DNA of 64,000 nt from a virus (IMGVR_UViG_3300028914_000003:68636-132635); one strand, 5' to 3'; counted from the first letter of the stretch, positions 9,171-19,213 are shown. Program-made: numbers and translations. The notes: generated from the letters alone by a model not told the origin.

Positions 9171-10274
9171 ATGATTCGTAAAATCCAGAGTAGCGAGTAC
9201 CTTCGTCGTATGGACAATATGACCGCAGGCGAGAAGGGCGAGTACCAGAAGAGGGTAGGGGAGTGGCTGGACAAGCAGTCTATCCTGTTGATACCCAAGA
9301 TACAGGATTCTCTATCGGTATTTCAGAACGCAGTACAGTGCAGTATCTTATGGAACGATGCAGAGTGTAAGGCCTGGTGCGAGGGCGCACAGTTGCTGAC
9401 AGCACTGGCCGGAAAAGCCGACACATGGCTTCCGGATATGCTTTACGCGAAGTCGGCTAAGAGAAGCATCAAACAGATGATAAAGAATCTCTCCTCTGTT
9501 TTTTCTGCAAGTAAAGAGAACGGCGGCAACGGACGGATGGTTGGCGGAGCAGCGAAGGAGAAAGGATACGGGAATGCGGCTCAGGCTCGACCAGAAGTCG
9601 AGGTGACGAAAGAGGAGCCTGCGGATGGAACCGGAAGGGCAACGCAGGCCGTAGCCGCTAATCCCGCTGTATCACAGCAGGGAACTCAACTGAAGCCTGT
9701 TCCTGTCCGTCCGAAACACATCGACCAGTATGTACACCTGCTGCCGGAGAGCACGCAGAAGAAGGCTGCGACGGTACAGGGACTGCTGCGCGAACTGGAC
9801 GTGGCGCGTGAAAATATGCGTCTACTGATGAACGACCCCAAGTCCAAGAGTGACAGCCGTGCGCAGTGGGCAAAGATGGCTACGACGCTTGACGCAAAGG
9901 TGAAGGCTATCTACAGGGAACTGGATGCAGAGTGGGAGAAGCTGGTACAGTCGGGTAGGGTAACGGTCGACGATCTCGGCAATGCACATGTTGTGGATGC
10001 TCCTGCCGATGGTAGTCCGACAGAAACGGCGGACACCGCGTCATCACAAGAACAGAAAACCGAACTGACATCAGAGCAGAAGGCTCAGATCAAATCTCTA
10101 CGGTCATGGCTGCGTGACACACGCGGCCCGAAAGAGGCTGGCGAGAAGCACGATGCCTATATCACCCGCTGGAAGGAGAAATATCAGGAGATGGTGGAGC
10201 TCGGCGGCAAGGATACCGTTACGGAGGCTGTCGAGAAGGCTGCGGAGCTGTACGGAATCGAATTGTCTAACTAA
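9171..10274 (+). CDS. hypothetical phage protein (367 aa)
   Basis: Long ORF, first gene after the promoter motif; A/T-rich start context. Confidence 0.75.
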   Translation: MIRKIQSSEYLRRMDNMTAGEKGEYQKRVGEWLDKQSILLIPKIQDSLSVFQNAVQCSILWNDAECKAWCEGAQLLTALAGKADTWLPDMLYAKSAKRSIKQMIKNLSSVFSASKENGGNGRMVGGAAKEKGYGNAAQARPEVEVTKEEPADGTGRATQAVAANPAVSQQGTQLKPVPVRPKHIDQYVHLLPESTQKKAATVQGLLRELDVARENMRLLMNDPKSKSDSRAQWAKMATTLDAKVKAIYRELDAEWEKLVQSGRVTVDDLGNAHVVDAPADGSPTETADTASSQEQKTELTSEQKAQIKSLRSWLRDTRGPKEAGEKHDAYITRWKEKYQEMVELGGKDTVTEAVEKAAELYGIELSN

Positions 10275-10286
10275 CACAAAAAGATT

Positions 10287-10427
10287 ATGTTCTCAGTACA
10301 GAAGAGAGACTTTTTCGGACAGTGGGTGGAAATCTACAGGGCTAACATGTTCCTTGACGCAGAAAGATTCAAGAACACGTTAGCCAGCGGAACTGCCAGG
10401 ATCGATGCAAGGATAGTCCAGTTATAA
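10287..10427 (+). CDS. small hypothetical protein (46 aa, MFSVQKRDFF)
   Basis: Fills the gap between genes; A-rich start context; not in the ORF track. Confidence 0.55.
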   Translation: MFSVQKRDFFGQWVEIYRANMFLDAERFKNTLASGTARIDARIVQL

Positions 10428-10440
10428 ATCGCAGATTAAG

Positions 10441-10992
10441 ATGACATTCTCTTGGATAGTAAGACAGTGGTGCAAAGCATACAAGCCGATGCTGGACACA
10501 CCGAAGAACAGGCGATTCTACCTGACCGACTCGACGGCCGGCGTGGTAGAGCTGGCAAAGGGCGCGACGCCCATGCTCTCGCCCTGCGTGGTGATGGAGA
10601 GCGACGTCTCAGGCGGCGGGCCGGTGGACCGTCCGGTGATGACATACCCGGTGTACTTCTTTGTCAGGGCCGACAAGATGGCCGACGGTGACGAGGCCGC
10701 CGTGGCCAAGGAGACGGCCAAGGAGCATGCCAGGAACTTCGTGGCGTGGCTGAAGATGAAGCACGACGAGGAGATTGGCGAGAACCGCGACGGCGACTTC
10801 TGCCGTATCGACCTCGACGGCTATGTGGACTACCAGACGGTAGGGCCGCTGGAGAACGGGTGGTATGCCGTGCTGGTGCAGCTGGAACGAGAGGAGCCGC
10901 TGAACCTGTGTGTCGACGAGAACCTGTATCTCAATGACGACTGCTGTTGTCAGAATGACCACATGGCTGATGACAAGCAGGATGAACCATAA
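10441..10992 (+). CDS. possible tail terminator/neck protein
   Basis: Size and acidic beta-rich pattern (PVYFFVRA, VGPLENGWYAVLV); function inferred. Confidence 0.4.
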   Translation: MTFSWIVRQWCKAYKPMLDTPKNRRFYLTDSTAGVVELAKGATPMLSPCVVMESDVSGGGPVDRPVMTYPVYFFVRADKMADGDEAAVAKETAKEHARNFVAWLKMKHDEEIGENRDGDFCRIDLDGYVDYQTVGPLENGWYAVLVQLEREEPLNLCVDENLYLNDDCCCQNDHMADDKQDEP

Positions 10993-11221
10993 CAGTGACA
11001 CGGATATGGGAAAGAACTGCTGTAACTGCGGACGTTCGGCTATGCTCGAGAACTGTATGACCGGGAAGATGTCAAGACGCTGCCGTATCAACGGGAAGCC
11101 CGTGAACAGACGCATGTGCTGCGAGGAATGGGCAGAGCCTGGCACAACGCCTGGTTGTGATGCCAGGAGGCCTGTCTTTGCTATCAGCACGAGAGGCATT
11201 CTCTATCAGAAGAAGAGGTAA
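10982..11221 (+). CDS. small Cys-rich protein
   Basis: CCNC..C..C..CCEEW, a possible zinc-binding pattern. Confidence 0.5.
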   Translation: MNHNSDTDMGKNCCNCGRSAMLENCMTGKMSRRCRINGKPVNRRMCCEEWAEPGTTPGCDARRPVFAISTRGILYQKKR

Positions 11222-11263
11222 TGGCAAGCCGAGGCTACCAGACAAGATAATACCAATAAGACT

Positions 11264-11602
11264 ATGGAAAAGGAAGAAAACAGCGGGCCGCAGACGGTGA
11301 CTGACCTTGATGCGCTGCAGTTGAATGCCGAAGCAGCCGCGAAGGAATTTGGACGGAGATGGATGTCCGCCCCTAAGTTCACGCTGAACTGTGAGGTCAT
11401 GGACCAGGCACAGCTGCGCGATGCCATGGGGCTCAGGGCGACCTTCGAGTACGGAGATCCGTGGCCTGCCGTCGAGGAACTTCTGGTATCCATGGGATTC
11501 AGGTGGCATCTGCTGGGCTCTCAGCGTGTCATGTTCCTGATGGAGCGCAAGGACTACACCCCTGACACGGGATGGGAGGAAGCAGAGGAAGTTAGTTCAT
11601 AA
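11264..11602 (+). CDS. hypothetical protein
   Basis: ORF in operon context. Confidence 0.7.
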   Translation: MEKEENSGPQTVTDLDALQLNAEAAAKEFGRRWMSAPKFTLNCEVMDQAQLRDAMGLRATFEYGDPWPAVEELLVSMGFRWHLLGSQRVMFLMERKDYTPDTGWEEAEEVSS

Positions 11603-11619
11603 TTCTAAAACCATACGAT

Positions 11620-12288
11620 ATGATTACCTACAAACTCGGAAGCACTGGGCCTGTGGTAAAGCAGATACAGAAGGCCCTTGGACTGATTCAGGACGGCATT
11701 TTCGGCAAGCTCACCCGCGAGGTGCTTATACAGTGGCAGCGCGACCACGGGCTCACGCCAGACGGCATCGCCGGTCCCGCCACGCTCGCAAAGCTGTTGC
11801 CAGAGGCTGCCGCACGCACCATAGGACTGAAGAAATCAAGGCGCAAGATTACGGACATTGTCGTACACTGCACAGCCACCAAGGCCGGACAGGACCTGTG
11901 TGCTGCAGACATCCGCAGGATGCACAAGCGCCAGGGATGGTCCGATATCGGCTACCACTATGTGATTCGTCTGGACGGCAAGATCGAGTTCGGACGAGAC
12001 GTAGACATTGTCGGTGCTCATGTCAACGGACACAACGCCAACAGTATAGGCATCGTATATGTCGGAGGCCTTGACAAGGACGGCAAGGCAACGGACACAC
12101 GCACAGACCTGCAGAAGGCTGCGCTGCGCCACCTGCTCAAAAACATGAGGACAATGTATCCGACGGCCAGGATAAGCGGACACCGTGATTTCTCTCCAGA
12201 CAAGAACGGCGACGGTATCATATCGCCATGTGAGTGGATAAAGCAGTGTCCGTGCTTTGACGCGAAGACCGAATACAGTGATATTTAA
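11620..12288 (+). CDS. endolysin: peptidoglycan-binding domain plus N-acetylmuramoyl-L-alanine amidase (Amidase_2)
   Basis: DGIFGKLT..WQRDHGLTPDGIAGPATL; IVVHCTAT, DIGYHYVI, GAHVNGHN, GHRD, CPCFD. Confidence 0.95.
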   Translation: MITYKLGSTGPVVKQIQKALGLIQDGIFGKLTREVLIQWQRDHGLTPDGIAGPATLAKLLPEAAARTIGLKKSRRKITDIVVHCTATKAGQDLCAADIRRMHKRQGWSDIGYHYVIRLDGKIEFGRDVDIVGAHVNGHNANSIGIVYVGGLDKDGKATDTRTDLQKAALRHLLKNMRTMYPTARISGHRDFSPDKNGDGIISPCEWIKQCPCFDAKTEYSDI

Positions 12289-12300
12289 GAAAGACTTACT

Positions 12301-12954
12301 ATGGCATTACAACTATCACAGGAACTGCAGCGGTGGTCGCTCCTCCATTTTGAAAAGGGTGTGCCGATCTGCGACATCGCCATCCACAAGGATGCGAAAG
12401 ACCGTCTGGCGAGGGTGAGCCATGTCTACTGGCAGTGGAAGAAGAACCCGTTCCTCGATACCAAGGAACTGTTCCGGGCGATGGCCAAGGGAAAGTATTC
12501 GGGTACGGGTGCCGAGTGCAACGCCTGTAGCATGGACCAGCTGCTTTTCGACTTTGTGGTCAATCATGTCGCCCCGCCGAGCCGTGCCATGGCTGCCGCG
12601 AAGGTGCGCGCCGTGGCCGACCGCCTGATGCGTAATGGCATGGAGACGGACAACGGCAAGGACATGGCCGAGGGTGCGAAGATCATCATGAAACTCGACC
12701 GTCTCGACCAGCCGGAGTCAGAGCAGGCGGATATGAACAAGGTTGCCTTCATGCCGACAGTGGTAGTCACTGACATCCGTGAGGTGGATGACACCAAGGA
12801 GAATATCGACGACGAGGAGACAAAGCGCATCATTGCCAAGTACGGCGCCTTTGTGGACGAGAAGCACAAGGCGGTAGAAGAGAAGGTGGCACTGATGGAG
12901 GCGAGAAACGGAGCCGGAACCATAGAAGAATCTGAATATACAGAAGACCAGTAG
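12301..12954 (+). CDS. putative terminase small subunit
   Basis: Helical 217-aa protein upstream of terL; positional inference plus recalled similarity. Confidence 0.4.
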   Translation: MALQLSQELQRWSLLHFEKGVPICDIAIHKDAKDRLARVSHVYWQWKKNPFLDTKELFRAMAKGKYSGTGAECNACSMDQLLFDFVVNHVAPPSRAMAAAKVRAVADRLMRNGMETDNGKDMAEGAKIIMKLDRLDQPESEQADMNKVAFMPTVVVTDIREVDDTKENIDDEETKRIIAKYGAFVDEKHKAVEEKVALMEARNGAGTIEESEYTEDQ

Positions 12955-12989
12955 TCTGGTCATATTATTAACATTAAAAACATAAGACT

Positions 12990-13169
12990 ATGAGTAAGAA
13001 AATGTTTGCACTCGTCTCAGGTATCGTAGGAGGCCTGCAGACGATTGGTGTGGCGTTGGTGACATACACCAGCCCGGAGTATGCTACGGCCATCAACTCG
13101 GCTATCGTCATTGCCGGTGCCGCCGTCATCGAGATTTGTAATCTCTTCACGCCTACAGAGACGAAGTAG
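12990..13169 (+). CDS. small 2-TM protein, holin candidate (59 aa)
   Basis: MSKKMFALVSGIVGGLQTIGVALVTY..AINSAIVIAGAAVIEICNLF; close to the endolysin. Confidence 0.5.
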   Translation: MSKKMFALVSGIVGGLQTIGVALVTYTSPEYATAINSAIVIAGAAVIEICNLFTPTETK

Positions 13170-13174
13170 TTCTC

Positions 13175-13768
13175 ATGGCAAGAGACTGGAAGGGCGGCAA
13201 CGCTTCTACTTTCAAGACTATCGGCGCGAGCAACCACTGTGCGGAAGAGCGCGCCGATAAAGACTACTACGCCACTGAGCCAGCTGCCACGGAATGGCTG
13301 TGCCGACTGGAGCACTTTGACGGTCCGATACTGGAGCCGTCGTGTGGCGAAGGCCACATGAGCGAGGTGCTGAAGAAGCACGGCTACGAAGTGGTAAGCC
13401 GAGACCTTGCCGACCGCGGCTATGGAGAGGTGGCCGACTTCCTGTCTCCAGAGAACAAGGAGTGGGGTGGGGATATCGTCACAAACCCGCCCTACGCCTT
13501 TGCTCAGGAATTTGTCGAGAAGGCTCTGCAAATCATCCCCGAAGGCCGTAAGGTCGCCATGTTCCTGAAGCTGACATTCCTTGAAGGCAAGAAGCGTGCC
13601 TCGATGTTCAAAAATTACCCTCCCCGAAAAGTATACGTCAGCCGCTCGCGTCTGAAATGTGCCAAGAACGGCGACTTCGAGCACTCGCCTGGCAGTGCCA
13701 CATGCTATGCCTGGTTTGTCTGGGAAAAGGGTTACACAGGACATCCTGAGATAAGATGGTTTAACTAA
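13175..13768 (+). CDS. N6-adenine DNA methyltransferase
   Basis: Motif I ILEPSCGEG and motif IV IVTNPPY. Confidence 0.85.
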   Translation: MARDWKGGNASTFKTIGASNHCAEERADKDYYATEPAATEWLCRLEHFDGPILEPSCGEGHMSEVLKKHGYEVVSRDLADRGYGEVADFLSPENKEWGGDIVTNPPYAFAQEFVEKALQIIPEGRKVAMFLKLTFLEGKKRASMFKNYPPRKVYVSRSRLKCAKNGDFEHSPGSATCYAWFVWEKGYTGHPEIRWFN

Positions 13769-13800
13769 CATAGTTCCATGAATAAATATCACAAAAAATT

Positions 13801-14244
13801 ATGGCAGACATTTTGAAAATTGCAGAAGAGATCTTTCATCTCACGTCACAGGAGTTTGAGGAACTTAACCACAAGCTCGGGGAAGTAAGTCACAGTGAAT
13901 GTACCTACCAGCAGGACATCTACGAGACGGGTATGCTGTCGTTCAGCAGCGCGCTATGGGCATTGAAGCACGGCAAGCCCATCTGCCGTGAGGGATGGAA
14001 CGGAAAGGGCATGTTCGTCGTCCGTCAGGTTCCTGCACATATCACGGGAGACGTCATCCCGAACATGCAGTCACTCCCGCAGAGCGCCAAGGACATCCTG
14101 ATGTGCCGTGAGGAACCGCACATAGACTACACCTGCCAGATGCTTATCATCCGTCAGGACGGCCGTGCCGACTCATGGGTGCCTTCCGCTGCGGACGTAT
14201 TGGCCGAGGACTGGAAGATCTACAAGGAAGAGATGTATGTTTGA
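13801..14244 (+). CDS. tad2: DUF2829 / Tad2-like anti-defence sponge protein
   Basis: FSSALWALKHGKPICREGWNGKGMFV and WVPSAADVLAEDW match Tad2-family motifs. Confidence 0.8.
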   Translation: MADILKIAEEIFHLTSQEFEELNHKLGEVSHSECTYQQDIYETGMLSFSSALWALKHGKPICREGWNGKGMFVVRQVPAHITGDVIPNMQSLPQSAKDILMCREEPHIDYTCQMLIIRQDGRADSWVPSAADVLAEDWKIYKEEMYV

Positions 14245-14560
14245 CCTTGACAAGCTGAAGGACAACAACGCGTCGTTCTGGGTGTTCCGTCTCCCGGAGC
14301 TGCGCAGGATAGCAGCCGATTGCGGATGGGCGATAGCCTTCCACGGCTCGCTGGTCCACGACCTTGACCTGATGGCCATGCCGTGGACGGAGACGCATGT
14401 CACCGCCGATGAGCTGGCGCAGCGGTTCACCGACAGCATGCCGGAAAACTGGCGCCGTCCCTACGAGAAGAGCAAGCCTGGCGACAAGCCCAACGGACGC
14501 ATCGTCTACACCATCTTCATGGGAGACACATACATTGACATGAACGTGATTGAGAGATGA
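14237..14560 (+). CDS. minimal Pol-beta-like nucleotidyltransferase
   Basis: hGS..DxD signature AFHGSLVHDLDL; start overlaps the end of the tad2-like gene. Confidence 0.55.
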   Translation: MFDLDKLKDNNASFWVFRLPELRRIAADCGWAIAFHGSLVHDLDLMAMPWTETHVTADELAQRFTDSMPENWRRPYEKSKPGDKPNGRIVYTIFMGDTYIDMNVIER

Positions 14561-14575
14561 CGAAAAAGTGGAATC

Positions 14576-14869
14576 ATGACCGAAAACCTACAAATAACAG
14601 CCAATTCGACAACTATGACAGTACAACAACGTAAGGCAATCGGGATCCTGAACAACCTCAGGACGGAGAAGAATGACGACGGCACGCCCGTGATGAGCGA
14701 GGACGACTATTTTTTCCTGTTGGACTTCGTCATCAGAGCACAGGAGGATGTGCGGTTTGTGCCTCAGGTGATACCGACGCAGTGGCCGTTCCCCGGCACC
14801 GTACAGCCGTACTATGAACAGCCTGGCATCCAGCGTTGGGAGATAACGTGTAAGACAGGACAGCAATGA
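14576..14869 (+). CDS. hypothetical protein
   Basis: ORF whose stop overlaps the terL start. Confidence 0.6.
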   Translation: MTENLQITANSTTMTVQQRKAIGILNNLRTEKNDDGTPVMSEDDYFFLLDFVIRAQEDVRFVPQVIPTQWPFPGTVQPYYEQPGIQRWEITCKTGQQ

Positions 14870-16803
14870 GCAGGATAGGCACGAACCCCAACGTGAGCAG
14901 CGACCATCTGGAGGCGAAGATGCTTCCGGATGTCGATGGCATGAACCCTGAAGAGGGTGGGGCGGTGGACTACGCCCACGACGGCGTGCATAAGGTCTAC
15001 CTGAACCGCTGGCAGAAGGAGGTGCGTAACTTCGGTTCGCGCACGACGTTCGTCCGTGCCGGTCGTGGTACGGGTAAGACGTCGTTCATCGGCGTTCACA
15101 TGGTGGACGTGACTATCGGTCTGCCGCGTCAGATGGGCGGATTCGTCGGTGCCAGTGCCAAGCAACTCTACACCCGCACGATGCCCAACGCCCTGAAGGT
15201 GGTGAACACGCTCGGTTTCGAGCAGTTCTACTTCCTCGGTCAGGCGCCCGCCAAACTGCACTGGGACTATCCGCTGGCCCGTCCGCGCAACTGGGAGAAC
15301 ATCGTCCACTTCAGCAACGGCTTTTGCTGGCAAATGCTGTCGATGTGTATCCGAGGATCCGGAAATGGGTTAAATTTGGCTGCGCTCATCGGTGACGAGA
15401 CGAAGTACCTTCCATGGCAGCGTGTCAAGGAAGAGATACTGCCTACGCTGCGTGGTGACTTCATGCCGCCGTCGGCGCGTAAGGTGGAGCAGAAACGGTG
15501 GGGCTACGGCACAGACCCGAAGATCAACAACCACTGGCTCTCGCAGTTGTGGGTGAGCGATGCCGGACTGACACAGGCGCAGACGCTCTGGGAGAAGGAG
15601 AAGGACTTTGAGACCCACGAGATCAACGACCAGCTGACCACCATGATGGCGGAACTGAAGTATCTGGAGAAGCACAATCCGCAGGCTGCGGTCGCCCTGT
15701 CGCAGAACGATAATTTCCTCAGGCAGCTGCACCGTCTCAGAACGGAGAGTATCTGCTACTGGAACCTCTCCAGTGCCGAGAACCTGTCGATGCTCGGTGA
15801 GTCATGGCTGCGCGACATGCAGCGCCAGATGCCGCCGCTGTTGTTCGGACTGATGGTCTTGGGCGTAGAGAAGGGGGCTGCCAAGGACGGATTCTACTGC
15901 AACCTCGATATTGAGACCATTCATGGTTATCTCGAAGAGGAGTACAGCACGGAGTACGGCGACAGCTACTCGATGCTGGCCGACAAGTATATGATTAAGA
16001 AGAAGGGTAAGGCGCTGGACTCTACCCGCTGGTTGCAGGAGGTTGAGACGGAACAGCTGGACCTCGATACCCTTGGCCGTCTCGGCGAGGAGGATACCTG
16101 CGAGCTGGATATGGATCTCGACTGGCAGAGTCCGCTGCTGATTGCCTTTGATGCCAATGCCAACCTGTCGTGCTTCGTCGTCGGACAGCTGCGTGGCGAC
16201 GAGCTGCTGGTGCAGCGCTCCATGTTTGTGATGAACGAGCGGAAACTCAGGGCTCTATGTCACGATTTTGCCCGTACCTACAAGCCCTTCCTGCGTCGTG
16301 GCTGCAAGGAGGTCATCCTGTATTTCACGGCGACGGTGAAGCAGGGCGCCAGTACCGCCTACGCCGTGGAGAACGGCGACGACAACCGCTTCGACAAGGT
16401 GGTGGTGCAGGAACTGACCGACCTCGGTTTTAAGGTTACGGCCATCGACACCGGCGCGGCACTCGCCCATGCCGTGAAGTTCCAGCTGATGGCAGACCTG
16501 ATGTCGGGTGCCCAGAATCCGAAAATCAGGATTTGTAAGTCTCCTGGACGCAATACCTACCTCATACCCGCCCTCGAAAATACTGGACTCAAGCCCGGCA
16601 GTTTCTCCAAGGACAAGAGCCGTGAGAAGTTGAAGGCTACCGATGAAGAGAGCCTTGGCGGCGACCCCCGTACCCGCACGGATATCACCGACGCTTTCGA
16701 CGACCTGGTGATAGGCGTGAAGTATCATGGGCTTAATCCACGTCCGAAGATCGGCGGAGGACTACGCAACAGGTTCCAGCATCTGGCAGGGATTCCGCAT
16801 TAA
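14866..16803 (+). CDS. terL: terminase large subunit
   Basis: Walker A AGRGTGKT, Walker B LIGDE, nuclease motifs AFDAN and DITDAFD. Confidence 0.9.
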   Translation: MSRIGTNPNVSSDHLEAKMLPDVDGMNPEEGGAVDYAHDGVHKVYLNRWQKEVRNFGSRTTFVRAGRGTGKTSFIGVHMVDVTIGLPRQMGGFVGASAKQLYTRTMPNALKVVNTLGFEQFYFLGQAPAKLHWDYPLARPRNWENIVHFSNGFCWQMLSMCIRGSGNGLNLAALIGDETKYLPWQRVKEEILPTLRGDFMPPSARKVEQKRWGYGTDPKINNHWLSQLWVSDAGLTQAQTLWEKEKDFETHEINDQLTTMMAELKYLEKHNPQAAVALSQNDNFLRQLHRLRTESICYWNLSSAENLSMLGESWLRDMQRQMPPLLFGLMVLGVEKGAAKDGFYCNLDIETIHGYLEEEYSTEYGDSYSMLADKYMIKKKGKALDSTRWLQEVETEQLDLDTLGRLGEEDTCELDMDLDWQSPLLIAFDANANLSCFVVGQLRGDELLVQRSMFVMNERKLRALCHDFARTYKPFLRRGCKEVILYFTATVKQGASTAYAVENGDDNRFDKVVVQELTDLGFKVTAIDTGAALAHAVKFQLMADLMSGAQNPKIRICKSPGRNTYLIPALENTGLKPGSFSKDKSREKLKATDEESLGGDPRTRTDITDAFDDLVIGVKYHGLNPRPKIGGGLRNRFQHLAGIPH

Positions 16804-16843
16804 AAGTACACCAAAAAAGAACCGTCCCTTTTTTGTATTTATT

Positions 16844-17036
16844 AAAAAGCGAGGGACAAGTCTTTCGACCTGCCCCTCTATTGAAGTCGGCGTGACAGCT
16901 ATTTACCTATTCGTCCCGATTCTGTCCGGTATTTATTTTTTCGTCGGTTGTGCAGACCCTTGCTTCCCTGTCCGACTGGGAGCACCCACATTTAAGGGCT
17001 TTCGGGAACACTATCACTCTGTGTTGTGCCTTATTT
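16844..17036 (-). ncRNA. candidate ~190-nt sRNA
   Basis: Consensus promoter TTTG-N20-TATCTTTG (17043-17074, minus strand) and a GAAA-loop terminator at 16851-16878; no convincing ORF. Confidence 0.5.
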
Positions 17037-17133
17037 ACGCTGCAAAGATAAGCATTATTTCCGAAGCCGCCAAATAATTCGTAAGAAATTTGTGGTCATT
17101 TGTGGAAATTCGTGTTTTATCCACGGTGTCCTC

Positions 17134-17169
17134 TGCCCTTGATTTCTGATTTCTTTCTCACTATCTTGC
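17134..17169 (+). promoter_or_regulatory. phage late-type promoter motif
   Basis: TGCCCTTG-N20-TATCTTGC upstream of the portal gene. Confidence 0.75.
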
Positions 17170-17193
17170 AGGCAGAAATAAATATCTATAGTT

Positions 17194-19014
17194 ATGAAGA
17201 AAGGCAAATCTTCCATCCCTACGCATACCGTCCACAATAGGAGCGAGTTCTCAAAAATAAACCGCAAGCTAAACAGCCGTGGGTATGTCGCCATTGACGC
17301 CTTGAAGCCGGGGCTGGTCAGGACGCTCACCTTGGGCGACGGTGCCGACAAGGGTGCTAAGCAGATGGCCGCTGGCATGGGCTGCGGGTCGTGGTCGAAC
17401 GGTCCGCTCTCGAAAGTGGCATGGTCGTTCGACTCGCGTGACAATGCCGTGCATGCCGTGAAAGATAAGGACGGCAAGCCGATGGGTTTGGGCTACGTTG
17501 ACTGGGGGCCTGGCAACTCGACGCCGAGTGTCATCCCGCCGCTGGCATGGTCGCTGCCCTATACCGCGTCGCCGCTGAGATATCTGGCTGACCTGACGGC
17601 AGGACTGGGGCCGAAGCTGATGTACGCCTTCGACGACGACACGATGTGCGAGTACAAGAAGGCGGGCTACCGCATCCTGGAGCGCATCGAGAAGCTGAAG
17701 AAAGGAGAAGAGGGAGATACCTATGGCGGAGACCTGGCGAAGGATCCTGTCAGCGGTACCATCATTCCCATTAGCGAATTAGAAAAGGATAAGCGTCCAG
17801 ACCCGATACTCCGCGGTCTTGGCATCGACTACTGGAAGGATGCCTACCGCGAGTGGGAGCGGACATGGCTGGGTTACGACGAAGAGGTGCAGATGACGGA
17901 CACCGTCACCGATACCGAGCACGTCCCCGGCGCCAAGGAGTTCTTAGAGAACAACAACCTGAACCTGCACCTGTCGCAGTGCGAGCAGGACGACGTGATG
18001 CTCGACATCTACTTCCCCACCGTCGGTTTCCATACCACCGGCTACAAGCGCAGCTGGAGGCCAGTCATCAACCGTGTCGGTTTTTTGCCTGCCCATTCGA
18101 TGAGACTCGAAAAGATGGACTCCAATAGGTACATCCATCACTGTTATCTATCTGACCAATGGCGTACGCTCGGCATCGGCACCCGCACCGTGACCGACCC
18201 GGAGAGCATGAAGATACAGATGTACCCCGCTGCCATGCCGCAGGACATGCTGCACGAGCTGCGCTATATCGTGGAGTCAAACCAGAAGAAAGGACCCAAG
18301 AGCCGTCCGTTGTGGATTGTCTGCCCGACGTTCTACCCCAGCGGACAGAAGCCGTACTACCCGCAGCCGGCATGGTGGAGCGTATTCTCGAGCAAGGCCT
18401 TCGACTTTGCCAGCACCATCCTGTATGACAAGTACAAGCAGCGTGAGAACAACACCACGTGGGGGCGTATCATCTATATCTCCTTGGACTACCTGAACAT
18501 GGTTTTCGCAGACCTTGGCATCGAGGGCGACATGGGGGCGCAGCAGAAGTACATCGACGAGCTGGATAACAACGTGGATCAGTTCCTGCAGCAGCGCGAG
18601 AACACGGGCAAGACCATGCGCCAGTTCATGTGGGACGGCCCCGACGGCAAGATGCACAAGAACGTCGAGATTGTAGATATCAAGGAAACCACCAACGACG
18701 CCGTGAAGGCAGGCAAGGAGGAGCTGGAGCTCTCCACGTCGCCTATTTTCCTGGCACTCGGTGTTGACCCACGCTTGGTCGGTGTGCCGATGGTGCAGGC
18801 CTCGAACGGCGGTACGGCGCTCCGTGAGATGCACCTTCTGAAACAGCAGCAGCTGAACGTCAAACAGCGGCTGTATTTACATTTTTTGAACTCGGTTGCG
18901 AAGTTCAACGGGTGGGACGAGCATGCACAGTTTGAGATTATCCAGCAGACGCTGACCACGCTGGACAACAGCAAGACCGGAACAGTAGAAACTGTGGCAG
19001 GCGAGGGTGCTTAG
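17194..19014 (+). CDS. portal protein
   Basis: Follows terL; YYPQPAW, LGVDPRLVG and GGTALRE motifs as in Bacteroidetes phage portals. Confidence 0.8.
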   Translation: MKKGKSSIPTHTVHNRSEFSKINRKLNSRGYVAIDALKPGLVRTLTLGDGADKGAKQMAAGMGCGSWSNGPLSKVAWSFDSRDNAVHAVKDKDGKPMGLGYVDWGPGNSTPSVIPPLAWSLPYTASPLRYLADLTAGLGPKLMYAFDDDTMCEYKKAGYRILERIEKLKKGEEGDTYGGDLAKDPVSGTIIPISELEKDKRPDPILRGLGIDYWKDAYREWERTWLGYDEEVQMTDTVTDTEHVPGAKEFLENNNLNLHLSQCEQDDVMLDIYFPTVGFHTTGYKRSWRPVINRVGFLPAHSMRLEKMDSNRYIHHCYLSDQWRTLGIGTRTVTDPESMKIQMYPAAMPQDMLHELRYIVESNQKKGPKSRPLWIVCPTFYPSGQKPYYPQPAWWSVFSSKAFDFASTILYDKYKQRENNTTWGRIIYISLDYLNMVFADLGIEGDMGAQQKYIDELDNNVDQFLQQRENTGKTMRQFMWDGPDGKMHKNVEIVDIKETTNDAVKAGKEELELSTSPIFLALGVDPRLVGVPMVQASNGGTALREMHLLKQQQLNVKQRLYLHFLNSVAKFNGWDEHAQFEIIQQTLTTLDNSKTGTVETVAGEGA

Positions 19015-19074
19015 ACTATTTTATAAGTCATCGAAATGATTTGACAGAATCACTTTTCAAGACCTGTATACAGT

Positions 19075-19110
19075 CGCCCTTGACAGTTGGAGCGAAACTT
19101 TTTATATTGC
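19075..19110 (+). promoter_or_regulatory. phage late-type promoter motif
   Basis: CGCCCTTG-N20-TATATTGC; terminator hairpin at 19160-19187 just downstream. Confidence 0.6.
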
Positions 19111-19213
19111 GACCAATAAAACTTTTTATGCTATTCAACAAATTATTTACGGTTATGGTGTACGGGAAGCCGTGAGGTTTCCCGTACTTCTTCTTCTTTG
19201 ATACCATCTTATG

